Source: Bacilli bacterium
GTDB lineage: Bacteria; Bacillota_I; Bacilli_A; RFN20; CAG-826
Length of the DNA stretch: 64,000 nucleotides
Direction of reading: 5' to 3'
Assembly (NCBI GenBank): GCA_024408095.1
Contig: JAKSVI010000004.1
Span: forward strand, 1,546 to 65,545
The notes below the pieces were generated by a model. That model saw nothing but the letters and a program-made list of their open reading frames with translations. It had not been told where the DNA came from and did no database searches. A program made the translations under genes and the position numbers. Shown here one piece after another: positions 31,917 to 41,713 of this stretch; positions within the stretch are counted from its first letter, which is position 1, and each line of letters opens with the position of its first letter.

Positions 31917-33956
31917 TTATTTACAAATATCAATTGGTATATAGCTAGCTTGCATTGCTGGATCGCCGCAAGGATTGCCGTTATGTCTCATTTCATTTAG
32001 ATAAGTTCCACCATTATAAACATTACCAATAAAGTCCATTTCAAGAAATAAAACTGATAAGGTGGATGAAGGACTAACGTTTTTGAGTTCTTCATAATTT
32101 AAAGAAACTGATAACGTAAAATAATTATCATATTGAATAAATATAGGCTTGTTAGTAGATTCTTTTGTTCCTGGACTATTAATTAAATTTAATTGCCAGA
32201 AATCATTAATATTTGTTTTAATAACACATTTTTCTCTATTAAACATTATAGAAGTATCTTCTTTTTGTATTGCCCAACCAGTACCGTTATTAGAATTAGT
32301 GTGTAAAACTGCTTTAATGGTTTCGTAAATTTGGAAAGTACCAAATCCAATGATATTAATATCAATTCCATTATTAGTACGTTTAAAATCTAAATACATA
32401 TCATCGTTTTCTTCTATAAATGTATCGTTAGGATCACCAAATGAAATTTTAAGATCTTTTGTAAGAGCCTTCTTATCTTCTTTATCAATTGTAATGACGT
32501 CTAAATCAGATTTCATTGCAATATATGAATTCATTCCAGCAATATCTCCAGAGGCGGTATTATTAACAAACATATATTCAAGTACATTAGTTGGTGCGTA
32601 TATCGTTTTGTTATTGTTTACATCACCAAATTCTGCAAAAGCATATCTAAAACCTTGTTTATTATTTAGAATATTGGTAAATAAAGACAAATCTAATTCA
32701 ACATCAATAGTGAAATAGTTTATATAATCGTGGTAAGTAAGTTTCTCTGTATGATAAGGGGATGTGGCTGTATTTTCAGTAGCAAAGTAATCTGAACAAT
32801 TGTTATACAAACGCACATTTTCTTTATCAAATAAAATAATAATGTCACTTCTATCAAGGCCCCAACCATAAAAAACATTTGGAGAAGAATGTATCACACA
32901 TTTTATGTATTCATCGCTTTCAAAATATCCAAAACCTATCATATTAAATACAATAGAGTCTTCTTTATATATTACCTTTGCGTATATGTTGTCAGCATTT
33001 GAATTTGTTGATTTATCTTTTATCGCAAATGCAATAGGTTTATCTTCAATTAATTCTGCTTTTAATTGTTTGCTTATCCATAAAGGATCGTAAGAATTAT
33101 TTGGTGCACAAAATGGAGTGGAATATTTATTTATTCTTACATAATTAGCTGTGTCAGAACTCGTTATTATTTCGCCATCAAAAACAAAATCTGCAATGAT
33201 GTTTTTGCTTACTAAATTATCGACAAAATTAACACCAATAATTGCATCAGAATTAATATTTAAATAAGAATAAGGAACTGACAAATAGACATCTGTTTTT
33301 CCATCTACAACTTCTAATCTTAAATCAAAAATATCTAAATCGGTTTCGGCTTCCTCTTTTCCAAAATCATATACAAATAGGTTACTTTTGCCGTCAATTT
33401 TGAATTCATAATCACCTTTTGAGAAATTAGAAGTTACATCGCCAGTATCAACAAATAAGTTAATCTGACTAGCCGAATCTACAAAATTATTATACGGTGA
33501 AGAAAATTTAAAATTAATGCTATTAACTCCTCGAGTTGAATAACCGCTCCAATTATTATAAATGAGTGAGGATTTATATTTTGTTTTTCCAAAAAAGCAA
33601 TATGGGTAATCAATTGAAACTGTATCTAAATCACAATTGTCACACAATGAAGGGAGTACAATATTAGTTATTTCGTAACCATCTTTAACAAAGCTAACTT
33701 CCTTGAATGAATCAGAATTGGTAGCTTTAAATTTAAATAAACCATTACTATCGCTTGATGCAACAACTTCTCCATCAAGATACACATCTACATCATCAAC
33801 AAAACCATCAATAACATTTTGAGTATAACCATAAACGGTAAATTCAGGTATATAAGTGGAGTGCGCAGATGTAAATATTTTCTGCATTGGTATAGTTAAG
33901 AGAGTTAATGATAATAATGAGGTAACCACTAAAACAGATTGAAGTTTATGTTTCAT
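31917..33956 (-). CDS. exported protein with CarboxypepD_reg-like domain and two CBM9/DOMON-like repeats
   Basis: Start trimmed to ATG 33956 (MKHKLQSVLVV… signal), 1 nt after the upstream stop. VDVYLDGEVVASSDSNGLFKF beta-sandwich. Two ~200-aa internal repeats (…IVFNMIGFGYFESDEYIKCVIHSS… and …IDINIIGFGTFQIYETIKAVLHTN…). Confidence 0.45.
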   Translation of the reverse strand: MKHKLQSVLVVTSLLSLTLLTIPMQKIFTSAHSTYIPEFTVYGYTQNVIDGFVDDVDVYLDGEVVASSDSNGLFKFKATNSDSFKEVSFVKDGYEITNIVLPSLCDNCDLDTVSIDYPYCFFGKTKYKSSLIYNNWSGYSTRGVNSINFKFSSPYNNFVDSASQINLFVDTGDVTSNFSKGDYEFKIDGKSNLFVYDFGKEEAETDLDIFDLRLEVVDGKTDVYLSVPYSYLNINSDAIIGVNFVDNLVSKNIIADFVFDGEIITSSDTANYVRINKYSTPFCAPNNSYDPLWISKQLKAELIEDKPIAFAIKDKSTNSNADNIYAKVIYKEDSIVFNMIGFGYFESDEYIKCVIHSSPNVFYGWGLDRSDIIILFDKENVRLYNNCSDYFATENTATSPYHTEKLTYHDYINYFTIDVELDLSLFTNILNNKQGFRYAFAEFGDVNNNKTIYAPTNVLEYMFVNNTASGDIAGMNSYIAMKSDLDVITIDKEDKKALTKDLKISFGDPNDTFIEENDDMYLDFKRTNNGIDINIIGFGTFQIYETIKAVLHTNSNNGTGWAIQKEDTSIMFNREKCVIKTNINDFWQLNLINSPGTKESTNKPIFIQYDNYFTLSVSLNYEELKNVSPSSTLSVLFLEMDFIGNVYNGGTYLNEMRHNGNPCGDPAMQASYIPIDICK

Positions 33957-33957
33957 A

Positions 33958-35769
33958 TTAATCATTTTCCTCCTTATATCTATATTCATTAACAAAATCA
34001 AAATCTTCCGCTAAATAACTTACATTTATAACAAAATTTCTTTCCGCTAAGCCAATAGCTGGATTATTTTCATCAGCAAAAGAAAACTCAAATTGATTTT
34101 GAATATTTAGATACTTATCGTGTAATGGAGAATACCAATAAACGTATGCTTTTTTCTCCGCCTCATTAATTTTGAATAATGATAATACATCACAGAATGA
34201 ATATGGCGTTGCTATTAAAGATCCTTGAGCATCAATTAATATATTGTGAATATAGTTACCGTGAATGCCGATATCACGTCTATAAACAATATCGTCATAA
34301 GATGTGTGACCTGAAAATACCATAAACATATTCGAATGTTTGGAAATAAATTTCTTAAATACTTGATCTCCATCATTGACGTCACTCTTGTATCTAGAAG
34401 CTGCATAATAATCAGAAGAATCATTAACTGTACCAGCTGGCTCTAAATAATGGTGAGTAGTAACAACTATTCTATGATTTGGATACATTTCACAAACTCT
34501 ATTAGCCCACTCTAAAATACAATCTCTTGGACCGAATTCTAGATTGATAAAGCAATAATCAATGCCATCAATTTGGACGAGATTATAATAATTATCAATC
34601 CTATTAGGTGCAGCCGAACCACCAAAATATTCTTTTTGTGAATAATAGGAATATGGTAAATGGGAATTAAATAGGTTTAAAGATGAGGAACGGCCTCCAC
34701 CATCATCGTAGTCATGATTACCAGGAACAAAGCCATAATTTACACCAGTATTGTCGAGTTTTTTAAAGCCTCTTGTAACAACATCCCATTGTGATTCAAC
34801 CGTAGCGTTATCACATAAATCGCCGACAAAAGTCACATATTTTGTATTTTTTGTCTTCAAAGAATTTGCAATCCAATCAAAGTCTAAATCCATTGTTTCG
34901 GGATAATAATGAACAGTGATTTGAATATCGGGAACCCCAATTATTGTATAGTCATAAAGTTCTGTCTCTTCATAATCAATATATTTTTCAAAGTTGGCGA
35001 TATAAGCATCATTACTATAAGAAGAATAGTCACTAACGCAATCGCGAGACCAATCATCAAAAGTCCATGATCCAATTAAATCATTATTAAAATCTGGGCA
35101 TATGAATTCAGAATTCATATCCTCATTAATTTTTCTTTCACTTATAGCTTTGTTATAAATAGCAATCTGACGAATTTCACCTTTAAATGGAGTTTTTAGG
35201 AAATCGTTACCATTTGTATTTTTTAACCACCCCAAAGAATCAATACCAATATTTGGTTTCATTTTGCAAATTGCATCAGAAGATGCTCGATAAATTTTTT
35301 CATTCAAATTTCCATTAATATAATATGAAAAGGAACCTTCTTTTGGATTTCTAATGACTGCAACATGAGTCCATTGGTCATTTCTAAAATCATAATTATT
35401 AAATGTGTAATCGACTTCTGCATTTGCGCTTCTATCTAATTGATTCCAATATAATCTGAACTTACCATTTTTAGTAATTTCCCAGTTTGTAGAGTGGCTG
35501 TAACCTGAGCTTGAATAGTAATTACCCATAATGATTCCACCGTAGTCACTATCTTTCAATTCAGATGGTATTTTAATCCACGCTTCGAATGTATCTGGAG
35601 ACTTATCTAATGGTTTTGAAAGAGTATAACAATAGTGTTCATTTTCAATGGTTCGTTCTTGCGCTAAATTATAGCCTTCATTAGCATTTACCTTTAAATG
35701 CTTTTCAAGAGGAAAAACAAACGAAGGAATAAATGCTAGAAACACTAACAAAAATAATTTATGTTTCAT
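33958..35769 (-). CDS. exported LamG-like domain fused to a calcineurin-like metallophosphoesterase
   Basis: 603 aa with a signal peptide. The N-terminal LamG-type module contains WTHVAVIRNPKEGSFSYYINGN. The phosphoesterase motifs occur in order: GVPDIQ, FVGDLCDN, PGNHDYD, VVTTHHY, FSGHTS. Confidence 0.7.
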   Translation of the reverse strand: MKHKLFLLVFLAFIPSFVFPLEKHLKVNANEGYNLAQERTIENEHYCYTLSKPLDKSPDTFEAWIKIPSELKDSDYGGIIMGNYYSSSGYSHSTNWEITKNGKFRLYWNQLDRSANAEVDYTFNNYDFRNDQWTHVAVIRNPKEGSFSYYINGNLNEKIYRASSDAICKMKPNIGIDSLGWLKNTNGNDFLKTPFKGEIRQIAIYNKAISERKINEDMNSEFICPDFNNDLIGSWTFDDWSRDCVSDYSSYSNDAYIANFEKYIDYEETELYDYTIIGVPDIQITVHYYPETMDLDFDWIANSLKTKNTKYVTFVGDLCDNATVESQWDVVTRGFKKLDNTGVNYGFVPGNHDYDDGGGRSSSLNLFNSHLPYSYYSQKEYFGGSAAPNRIDNYYNLVQIDGIDYCFINLEFGPRDCILEWANRVCEMYPNHRIVVTTHHYLEPAGTVNDSSDYYAASRYKSDVNDGDQVFKKFISKHSNMFMVFSGHTSYDDIVYRRDIGIHGNYIHNILIDAQGSLIATPYSFCDVLSLFKINEAEKKAYVYWYSPLHDKYLNIQNQFEFSFADENNPAIGLAERNFVINVSYLAEDFDFVNEYRYKEEND

Positions 35770-35771
35770 TA

Positions 35772-37727
35772 TTAAATTTCCTCCATAAGTGATGTCACTC
35801 TTAAATTATCAAGTTTTAGATTAATGGAAGAGGCTAAAAAGCCAATTCTTCCCTCTTCATATGTGAACATATTGGAACTTTGATGATCAAACGTGCCAAT
35901 TTCAACGTCATCAATAAACACAGTCAAAACATCGTTTTCTAAAATAATTAAAATTTTATATGTCTGCCCAATCTTCATCATGTTTGCATCAGATTTGCTT
36001 CTATATGTATGTAATACGGAATTCCACGTTGAAAAAGCTGGACCTGTATGATGGTATGTTAATAAATTGCCGCTCTGTCTAAAAGTTAAAGCACCATAAT
36101 CATAGGTATTTGGATCTCCACATCTCATCAAAACACTTAAATATTTGCTGTCTTTTGAGTTTGTTGGATCATTATACTCTTCTCCAGATAATTCATTAAA
36201 TGTCAAATCAAAACCAATAGTATAATCTTTAAGTTTAGTTTGAATAGGAGCAAAAATGGCTTGATGATGATATTGGGTCATTTTATATGCATCATTAATA
36301 TAAAAACTTCCGTTTTCTATAAAATATTCACCATTGTTGCTTCCAGTAGAATTGGTATCTTGTAACCATCCATCAGCAAAATTAGTGCCTGGAATACTAA
36401 AATCAGATTCATAATAAGTATCTGTTTGGTTAGGATTTGTAACTTTTACGTTCTTTATTGAAACATTGCATGAATTAGCAAATAAAGCGATTTTTGAGCC
36501 TGTTGCAGAATCTTTGAACCAAGTTTTATCACAAGTAGTATCTGAATAGGTAAACGCTAAATTATTGTCAAAATATGCTGTCATAGTTGTGTTATTGGAA
36601 ACCCCTTGAACAACAACTTTTACATTGTGATATGAAGAAACATTTGTCCCAGTAGGTAAATTATAGTAGCAATATGAATTAATATCTTCTCTCGAATAAT
36701 CTTTATTTTTATCAAGGGCACCAACTCTCAAACATGAAGCATTAGGATCATACATTGTTGCAACATACGCCTTATTCGAGTCATTAATTCGAGTTGCTAT
36801 TCCAAATCCAGAATCAAAGATTTTGCTATTAGCATCTTGGCTTGTTATCTTTTTAGTTACTTTAACATCTAAAGATATGCAATATTGATTACCGTTTCTA
36901 TATGCAACTTCAGGCAAATAAACACCTGTATCAACAAAATGATAGCCATTTGTAGTTGCTTCAAGTATTAGTTCATTATCACTGACTCTTGTTTCTCTTG
37001 TGGCAGCTATATTAGCGTTAACATATGTTGGAATTGTTGAACCATCATATTTAAGATAGTCATATGTTGTCCAATCTAAAACTTTATGCCATGAATAGCG
37101 AGAGTCAATATAGCCACAATCATTATCGAATTTATTTTCGTAAACAACATATTTGTCATCCATTTCAGGCGAACCATAGAAAGCGTGGAAAGCATAATAT
37201 TGATCTTTTACAACAAAATCTTCCGTTAATTGGGTTTCAGTTACATTTTTCCACATTTTAAATGGATATTGTAATCTGCCAACTTCTTTTCTTCTCGCTT
37301 TAGGAGCTTCAGAAAGATGAAAAGTCTCACCACATTCTTTAATAATGGGTTCAAATTCATTTTCATAGAATGTATCAAAATAAATTTTTATTGGTTTAAC
37401 GACCCATTTCGCAAATAAAGTTGTGCTTTCAAAAATGTCCTCATAGTTATTACAACGTCTTTCAAAAGTATTGTTATCAAAATACCAACCCGCAAAAGTA
37501 AATCCACTTTTTGTTGGAGTAGGCAAAGTTAAAACATCACCAACAACATATATTTGTTTGTTTATATTGTTTCCACCATTTGAATCATAATTTATTACAC
37601 ATTGTTTTTGTAAGTTTAGATTTTCAGCTGAAGTATTTAAATTGCGTATTGAATAATATAAAGGTGCAATTGAAGATAATCCAATCACAGCAATCAATGA
37701 AATGATGATAGGTAGTTTCTTCTTCAT
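35772..37727 (-). CDS. membrane-anchored protein with Listeria-Bacteroides repeat and ConA-like modules
   Basis: 651 aa with an N-terminal TM anchor. Flg_new-type signature YDSNGGNNINKQIYVVGDVLTLPTPTKSGFTFAGWYFD. C-terminal jelly-roll (…YKILIILENDVLTVFIDDVEIGTF…GRIGFLASS). Confidence 0.5.
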   Translation of the reverse strand: MKKKLPIIISLIAVIGLSSIAPLYYSIRNLNTSAENLNLQKQCVINYDSNGGNNINKQIYVVGDVLTLPTPTKSGFTFAGWYFDNNTFERRCNNYEDIFESTTLFAKWVVKPIKIYFDTFYENEFEPIIKECGETFHLSEAPKARRKEVGRLQYPFKMWKNVTETQLTEDFVVKDQYYAFHAFYGSPEMDDKYVVYENKFDNDCGYIDSRYSWHKVLDWTTYDYLKYDGSTIPTYVNANIAATRETRVSDNELILEATTNGYHFVDTGVYLPEVAYRNGNQYCISLDVKVTKKITSQDANSKIFDSGFGIATRINDSNKAYVATMYDPNASCLRVGALDKNKDYSREDINSYCYYNLPTGTNVSSYHNVKVVVQGVSNNTTMTAYFDNNLAFTYSDTTCDKTWFKDSATGSKIALFANSCNVSIKNVKVTNPNQTDTYYESDFSIPGTNFADGWLQDTNSTGSNNGEYFIENGSFYINDAYKMTQYHHQAIFAPIQTKLKDYTIGFDLTFNELSGEEYNDPTNSKDSKYLSVLMRCGDPNTYDYGALTFRQSGNLLTYHHTGPAFSTWNSVLHTYRSKSDANMMKIGQTYKILIILENDVLTVFIDDVEIGTFDHQSSNMFTYEEGRIGFLASSINLKLDNLRVTSLMEEI

Positions 37728-37728
37728 A

Positions 37729-40392
37729 TTATTTCTTCCCCGCTGCTAGATATATCGCATCTCTAATAGTTAAATAAGCACTTGCAGTTGGATGTAATCC
37801 ATCAATAAAGCAGGACGGATCTGGGTTACCATCTTTCAAGAAAGCGTTATCAACATCCGCAAGCTTCACATAATCAAAATCATTAGCAATTTGACGATAT
37901 TTTATGTTTGTTTCAGCAATTAAATCTTTATATACTTCGTGAGTAACAGTTCTATTAATCGACACTAAAATAACATTTTGCAAAGTCGGAATATGAGATT
38001 TCAAATAAGTAATCGTCTGTCTTACATTGTTTGCAATTGTGCTAGGTGATATCTGACCTGGAAAATCATTAATACCAATCATAAAAATTAATGTCTCTGG
38101 TTGATATTCAACAATATTTTCTTCCATTTCAATCCAATGATAAGAATTACTACCACCAATTCCAATGTTGTATATGTCTTCAAATTTTTGCAAGTCGTTA
38201 GCGTAATTTGTCCATAATTCCATGTAAGAATGGCCAATAATTAAAGTTTTATTGGTTTGATGATCCTTTTTATCTATATTTAATTTAATATTATTAAAGC
38301 ACGCAAATGGTAGCTTAGAATATAAACCATATCTATTGCCGGTGAGAATATTATCATCATGATAATGAGCATATAAAATGCCTCTTAAATAACAATAAAT
38401 ATCCTTGTCATTAATAATAATTTTCATGTCTGTCTCAATGCTTGTACCATATCCAGCAGATAAGAATTGGCCTATTACCAATTCGCTAGAAACATTATTA
38501 ACAACTTTTTTGAGATGTGTACGACCATTTAGTACATAGAAACAATAATATGAGGTTGCATTATCATTACTTAAGAAAATAACGCCTGCATCATTGCTTG
38601 TTCCTTGGGTATAATCTAAAGATAATGTGCCTTCTTTAAATGTGCTATCGTTTGCTAAAGCGATTGATTCACGATATTGAGAAATAATAGCAATATCATT
38701 CAAAGTCATAAATCCACCTTTAATAGCATTAAAATGTGAGGGCTTTTTAAATTCAAATGTACCAGTCTTGTTTGCTTTAATTGTGTCAAATTTTATACCA
38801 GGAGCAGCACCACTTCTAATACCATATTCTTTTCCAAGAAGAGGACAGTTATCGGTATAATTAATGTATAAAACATTATCGATATAGCATTTAATGGTTG
38901 TATTAGTTCTTTCAATTTTAAGATTAAAGATATCGCCATTTTTGAATGGATATCTACTTAAAGGTGTTTGCAAAACTTCTAAAGCTGACCAAGAACCATT
39001 ATTAACTCTACCTAAATATGGAGCGCCATTTGATGCTATAAAGAAGAAATAATAAGAAACGTTACTTTCCCAAAATACTGTATTTCCATATCTTTCCAAA
39101 CCAAAAATTATACCATTATCAGATGGTTCACCATTAAGGGTCATATTGACTTCTAAACTACCTAACTGAAATTCATCATTAATATATGCAATCGAGTTTG
39201 GATTTTTAGAAGAAATTGCATATTCTTCTTTAATAAAATTACCATTTCCAATAAAATAATTACCCACTTGTGTTCTAGAAGGAAATTCTATTTTTGATGA
39301 ACTATTGACATAAGTAAACTCAGTTCCAACTCCACCGCATCTAGTTCCAAAGTCGCTTCCGATGGTGTCTTCATAATCTTGGCAAGCAAAATAAAATTCA
39401 TCATTTAAATACGCATAAAATTGAATTAATTTATCATCGTTAATTTGGAAAGAAATTTTTAAATTATAATCTTTTTTAATTGAATAGCCTTTTATTTTCT
39501 CGTCGCCTATTGTTGACCAACCACCATTGGCAGTTTTTCCTAATACTAAATGGCCGGCAGTAGATATGAAATAGAAATAATATGTAATGCCTTGTCCTTC
39601 CCAGAATTCAGAATTAGGATGTCTATCTAATAGTACTATGCCACGATCGTTTTCTGTCATCGAAGATACAGATGACGATAAGGTGCCATTTGTTAATGTA
39701 TGATCTAAGTCCAATGCTAATGAATTACTCGCTTTTGCAATCAATTTATTTGCCCCAAATTGGAAGTAGCCTTGATAAGCCAAATAATTCCATCCTTTAT
39801 CGTCAATAATAGGATCTTTAACTTTTACTAATAATTCATATTCAGCAGTTTTAGTTATTGTTTGATCATGATAAGTTTCAGAATAGCTGACTGTTACAAT
39901 CTGATAGCCATATTCAGTCATATTATAACCAGTAAAAGAGGCTTGGGAAGTTACGTTCTTTGAGCTACCATCCGAATATTTTGCAGTAACAGTTCCACCA
40001 AAAACAAATTCTGAATTTATATCAAGTTCAGTAATCATATTCGCCAAAGTAATCTCAGTCAATCTGGGATAATCAGACACAGTAATTGTGTAATTAGTAG
40101 TTTTATTTTGATAAGTAACTGTAACTGTTTGTTCTCCAGGAACGTTTAAATCATATCCGGAGAATGTTGAATCTTTTGTAACGTCTTTTGTAGCGTTATC
40201 GCTGTAGAAAGCTGTAACAGTACCACCAAATTCAAATGTATCTCCAACAGAAAACATGCTTATATAATTAGAGGCTTCAATCTTTGTTAAAGATGGCGCA
40301 CTAGGTGCTGATGAACCGCAACCACAACTAGCAAGCATGCTTGATGCGACAGCTAATAAACAAATACTTTTCTTTTTCATATCTTTATTCAC
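37729..40392 (-). CDS. surface lipoprotein: 2 Big_3-like Ig domains + 3 ConA-like modules + C-terminal SGNH/GDSL esterase
   Basis: 887 aa with lipobox MLASCG. Two ~75-aa Ig repeats (…GGTVTAFYSDNATKDVT…GEQTVTVTY… and …GGTVTAKYSDGSSKNVT…YQIVTVSY…). Three YY(F/C)F-type modules. SGNH blocks are present in order: LIIGHSYM (I), GIGGSNS (II), IGINDF (III), DGLHPT (V), at about nt 37732-38280. Confidence 0.7.
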   Translation of the reverse strand: MNKDMKKKSICLLAVASSMLASCGCGSSAPSAPSLTKIEASNYISMFSVGDTFEFGGTVTAFYSDNATKDVTKDSTFSGYDLNVPGEQTVTVTYQNKTTNYTITVSDYPRLTEITLANMITELDINSEFVFGGTVTAKYSDGSSKNVTSQASFTGYNMTEYGYQIVTVSYSETYHDQTITKTAEYELLVKVKDPIIDDKGWNYLAYQGYFQFGANKLIAKASNSLALDLDHTLTNGTLSSSVSSMTENDRGIVLLDRHPNSEFWEGQGITYYFYFISTAGHLVLGKTANGGWSTIGDEKIKGYSIKKDYNLKISFQINDDKLIQFYAYLNDEFYFACQDYEDTIGSDFGTRCGGVGTEFTYVNSSSKIEFPSRTQVGNYFIGNGNFIKEEYAISSKNPNSIAYINDEFQLGSLEVNMTLNGEPSDNGIIFGLERYGNTVFWESNVSYYFFFIASNGAPYLGRVNNGSWSALEVLQTPLSRYPFKNGDIFNLKIERTNTTIKCYIDNVLYINYTDNCPLLGKEYGIRSGAAPGIKFDTIKANKTGTFEFKKPSHFNAIKGGFMTLNDIAIISQYRESIALANDSTFKEGTLSLDYTQGTSNDAGVIFLSNDNATSYYCFYVLNGRTHLKKVVNNVSSELVIGQFLSAGYGTSIETDMKIIINDKDIYCYLRGILYAHYHDDNILTGNRYGLYSKLPFACFNNIKLNIDKKDHQTNKTLIIGHSYMELWTNYANDLQKFEDIYNIGIGGSNSYHWIEMEENIVEYQPETLIFMIGINDFPGQISPSTIANNVRQTITYLKSHIPTLQNVILVSINRTVTHEVYKDLIAETNIKYRQIANDFDYVKLADVDNAFLKDGNPDPSCFIDGLHPTASAYLTIRDAIYLAAGKK

Positions 40393-41663
40393 CTACTAAA
40401 TACAGCGCCAGCTAATGAAGCCTTAAAACCTAATAATGTGCCAGCAAAACTAACATCATTTGTATAAGAATAAGTAGAAGTGCCATCGATCTTTAATCTC
40501 AATCTATTAGAAACAATTGTCATGCTTAATTGATAGGTATTTGATGGCAAATATGCGGGAATTGCAAATGAATTCTCAATAATTGTTTTATTTCCGTTTA
40601 CAAATTTCTCAAGCACCACATAACCATTTTCATTAATGTAATATGAGAAATATGTCGCATTGTCTTCATAAAATTTTCCACTGACTTCACTATTTAATCC
40701 AAATATGAAACCTGCTTGTTGGTTAACATTTGATTTAACATAACAAGAATATGTGGTGTTATAAATTGAATCTGTACGTTTATAAACAAGCGTTTTGTCT
40801 GAAATGGTAGTTATAGTATCGCCACTAACAATTATGTTGCCACTAGCGATTTCATAATCTGATTTAATTGTATTGCCTAAATTTTTAATTTTAGCTCCAG
40901 TTTTATGTAATCTAAATCCAACTTCATCCCCAGTAAGAAAATTATCATCAGTGTAGTTTATACATTCCACACCATTAACTAAACATTTGATATCATTATT
41001 ATTAATTAATACAGTAAGTTCATAATCAACTAGGGATGATGCCTGTGCAACATTGACTAATGTTTTATATTTACCATTATTTACTTTAGATAAAACAGCA
41101 GCGCCATTTTGATTGAGATAAAAGAAGTAATAGCTTACTCCAACATTTTCCCAGAAACTTCCAGGCTCATCATCATCAAAAGTAATGCCAAAGACAATGC
41201 CTGTATCTTCTTTTGCAGTCGATTTTGTAAAATGTGCAGTCAACATTCCAGATGTTAATTTCACACTATTGCTAATACCAAAAGTATTGTCACTGAGGGA
41301 AACATAGCTATTATCTACATAATCAAAAGCACCCTTTTTACACCTAACATCTAGAGATGTCATCATGTCGTAATTACAATCATAAAACTTTGAAAAATCA
41401 ACTTCTGGTAACCAGTAGTTAAAATATCCCTCTTCAGCTTTAGGAAGCTCAGGTACAACTTTTTCAAAATAATTATCTTCGTTATATGTAATAACAGTGC
41501 TTACTTCACCATCAATATAAAAAGTAGCATTATAATCAGTTTTTGGCACCGATATTTCGTTGTTTTTAATATTATTAGATAAGGATTTAAATTCAAAATT
41601 AGTACATCCAACTAACGGAAGCGTTAATAAACTAATTATCAATAATATACTTTTATTTTTCAT
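40389..41663 (-). CDS. surface lipoprotein with two ConA-like (YYFF-type) modules
   Basis: Start trimmed to ATG 41663 (MKNKSILLIISLLTLPLVGC lipobox). Modules: GIVFGITFDD…VSYYFFYLNQNGAAVLSKVNNG and GFIFGLNSE…TYFSYYINENGYVVLEKFVNG. Confidence 0.55.
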   Translation of the reverse strand: MKNKSILLIISLLTLPLVGCTNFEFKSLSNNIKNNEISVPKTDYNATFYIDGEVSTVITYNEDNYFEKVVPELPKAEEGYFNYWLPEVDFSKFYDCNYDMMTSLDVRCKKGAFDYVDNSYVSLSDNTFGISNSVKLTSGMLTAHFTKSTAKEDTGIVFGITFDDDEPGSFWENVGVSYYFFYLNQNGAAVLSKVNNGKYKTLVNVAQASSLVDYELTVLINNNDIKCLVNGVECINYTDDNFLTGDEVGFRLHKTGAKIKNLGNTIKSDYEIASGNIIVSGDTITTISDKTLVYKRTDSIYNTTYSCYVKSNVNQQAGFIFGLNSEVSGKFYEDNATYFSYYINENGYVVLEKFVNGNKTIIENSFAIPAYLPSNTYQLSMTIVSNRLRLKIDGTSTYSYTNDVSFAGTLLGFKASLAGAVFSR

Positions 41664-41713
41664 AGTTAAATCCCTATCTAATAATCCAGTTAAAACTGGA
41701 TTATTAATTAATA

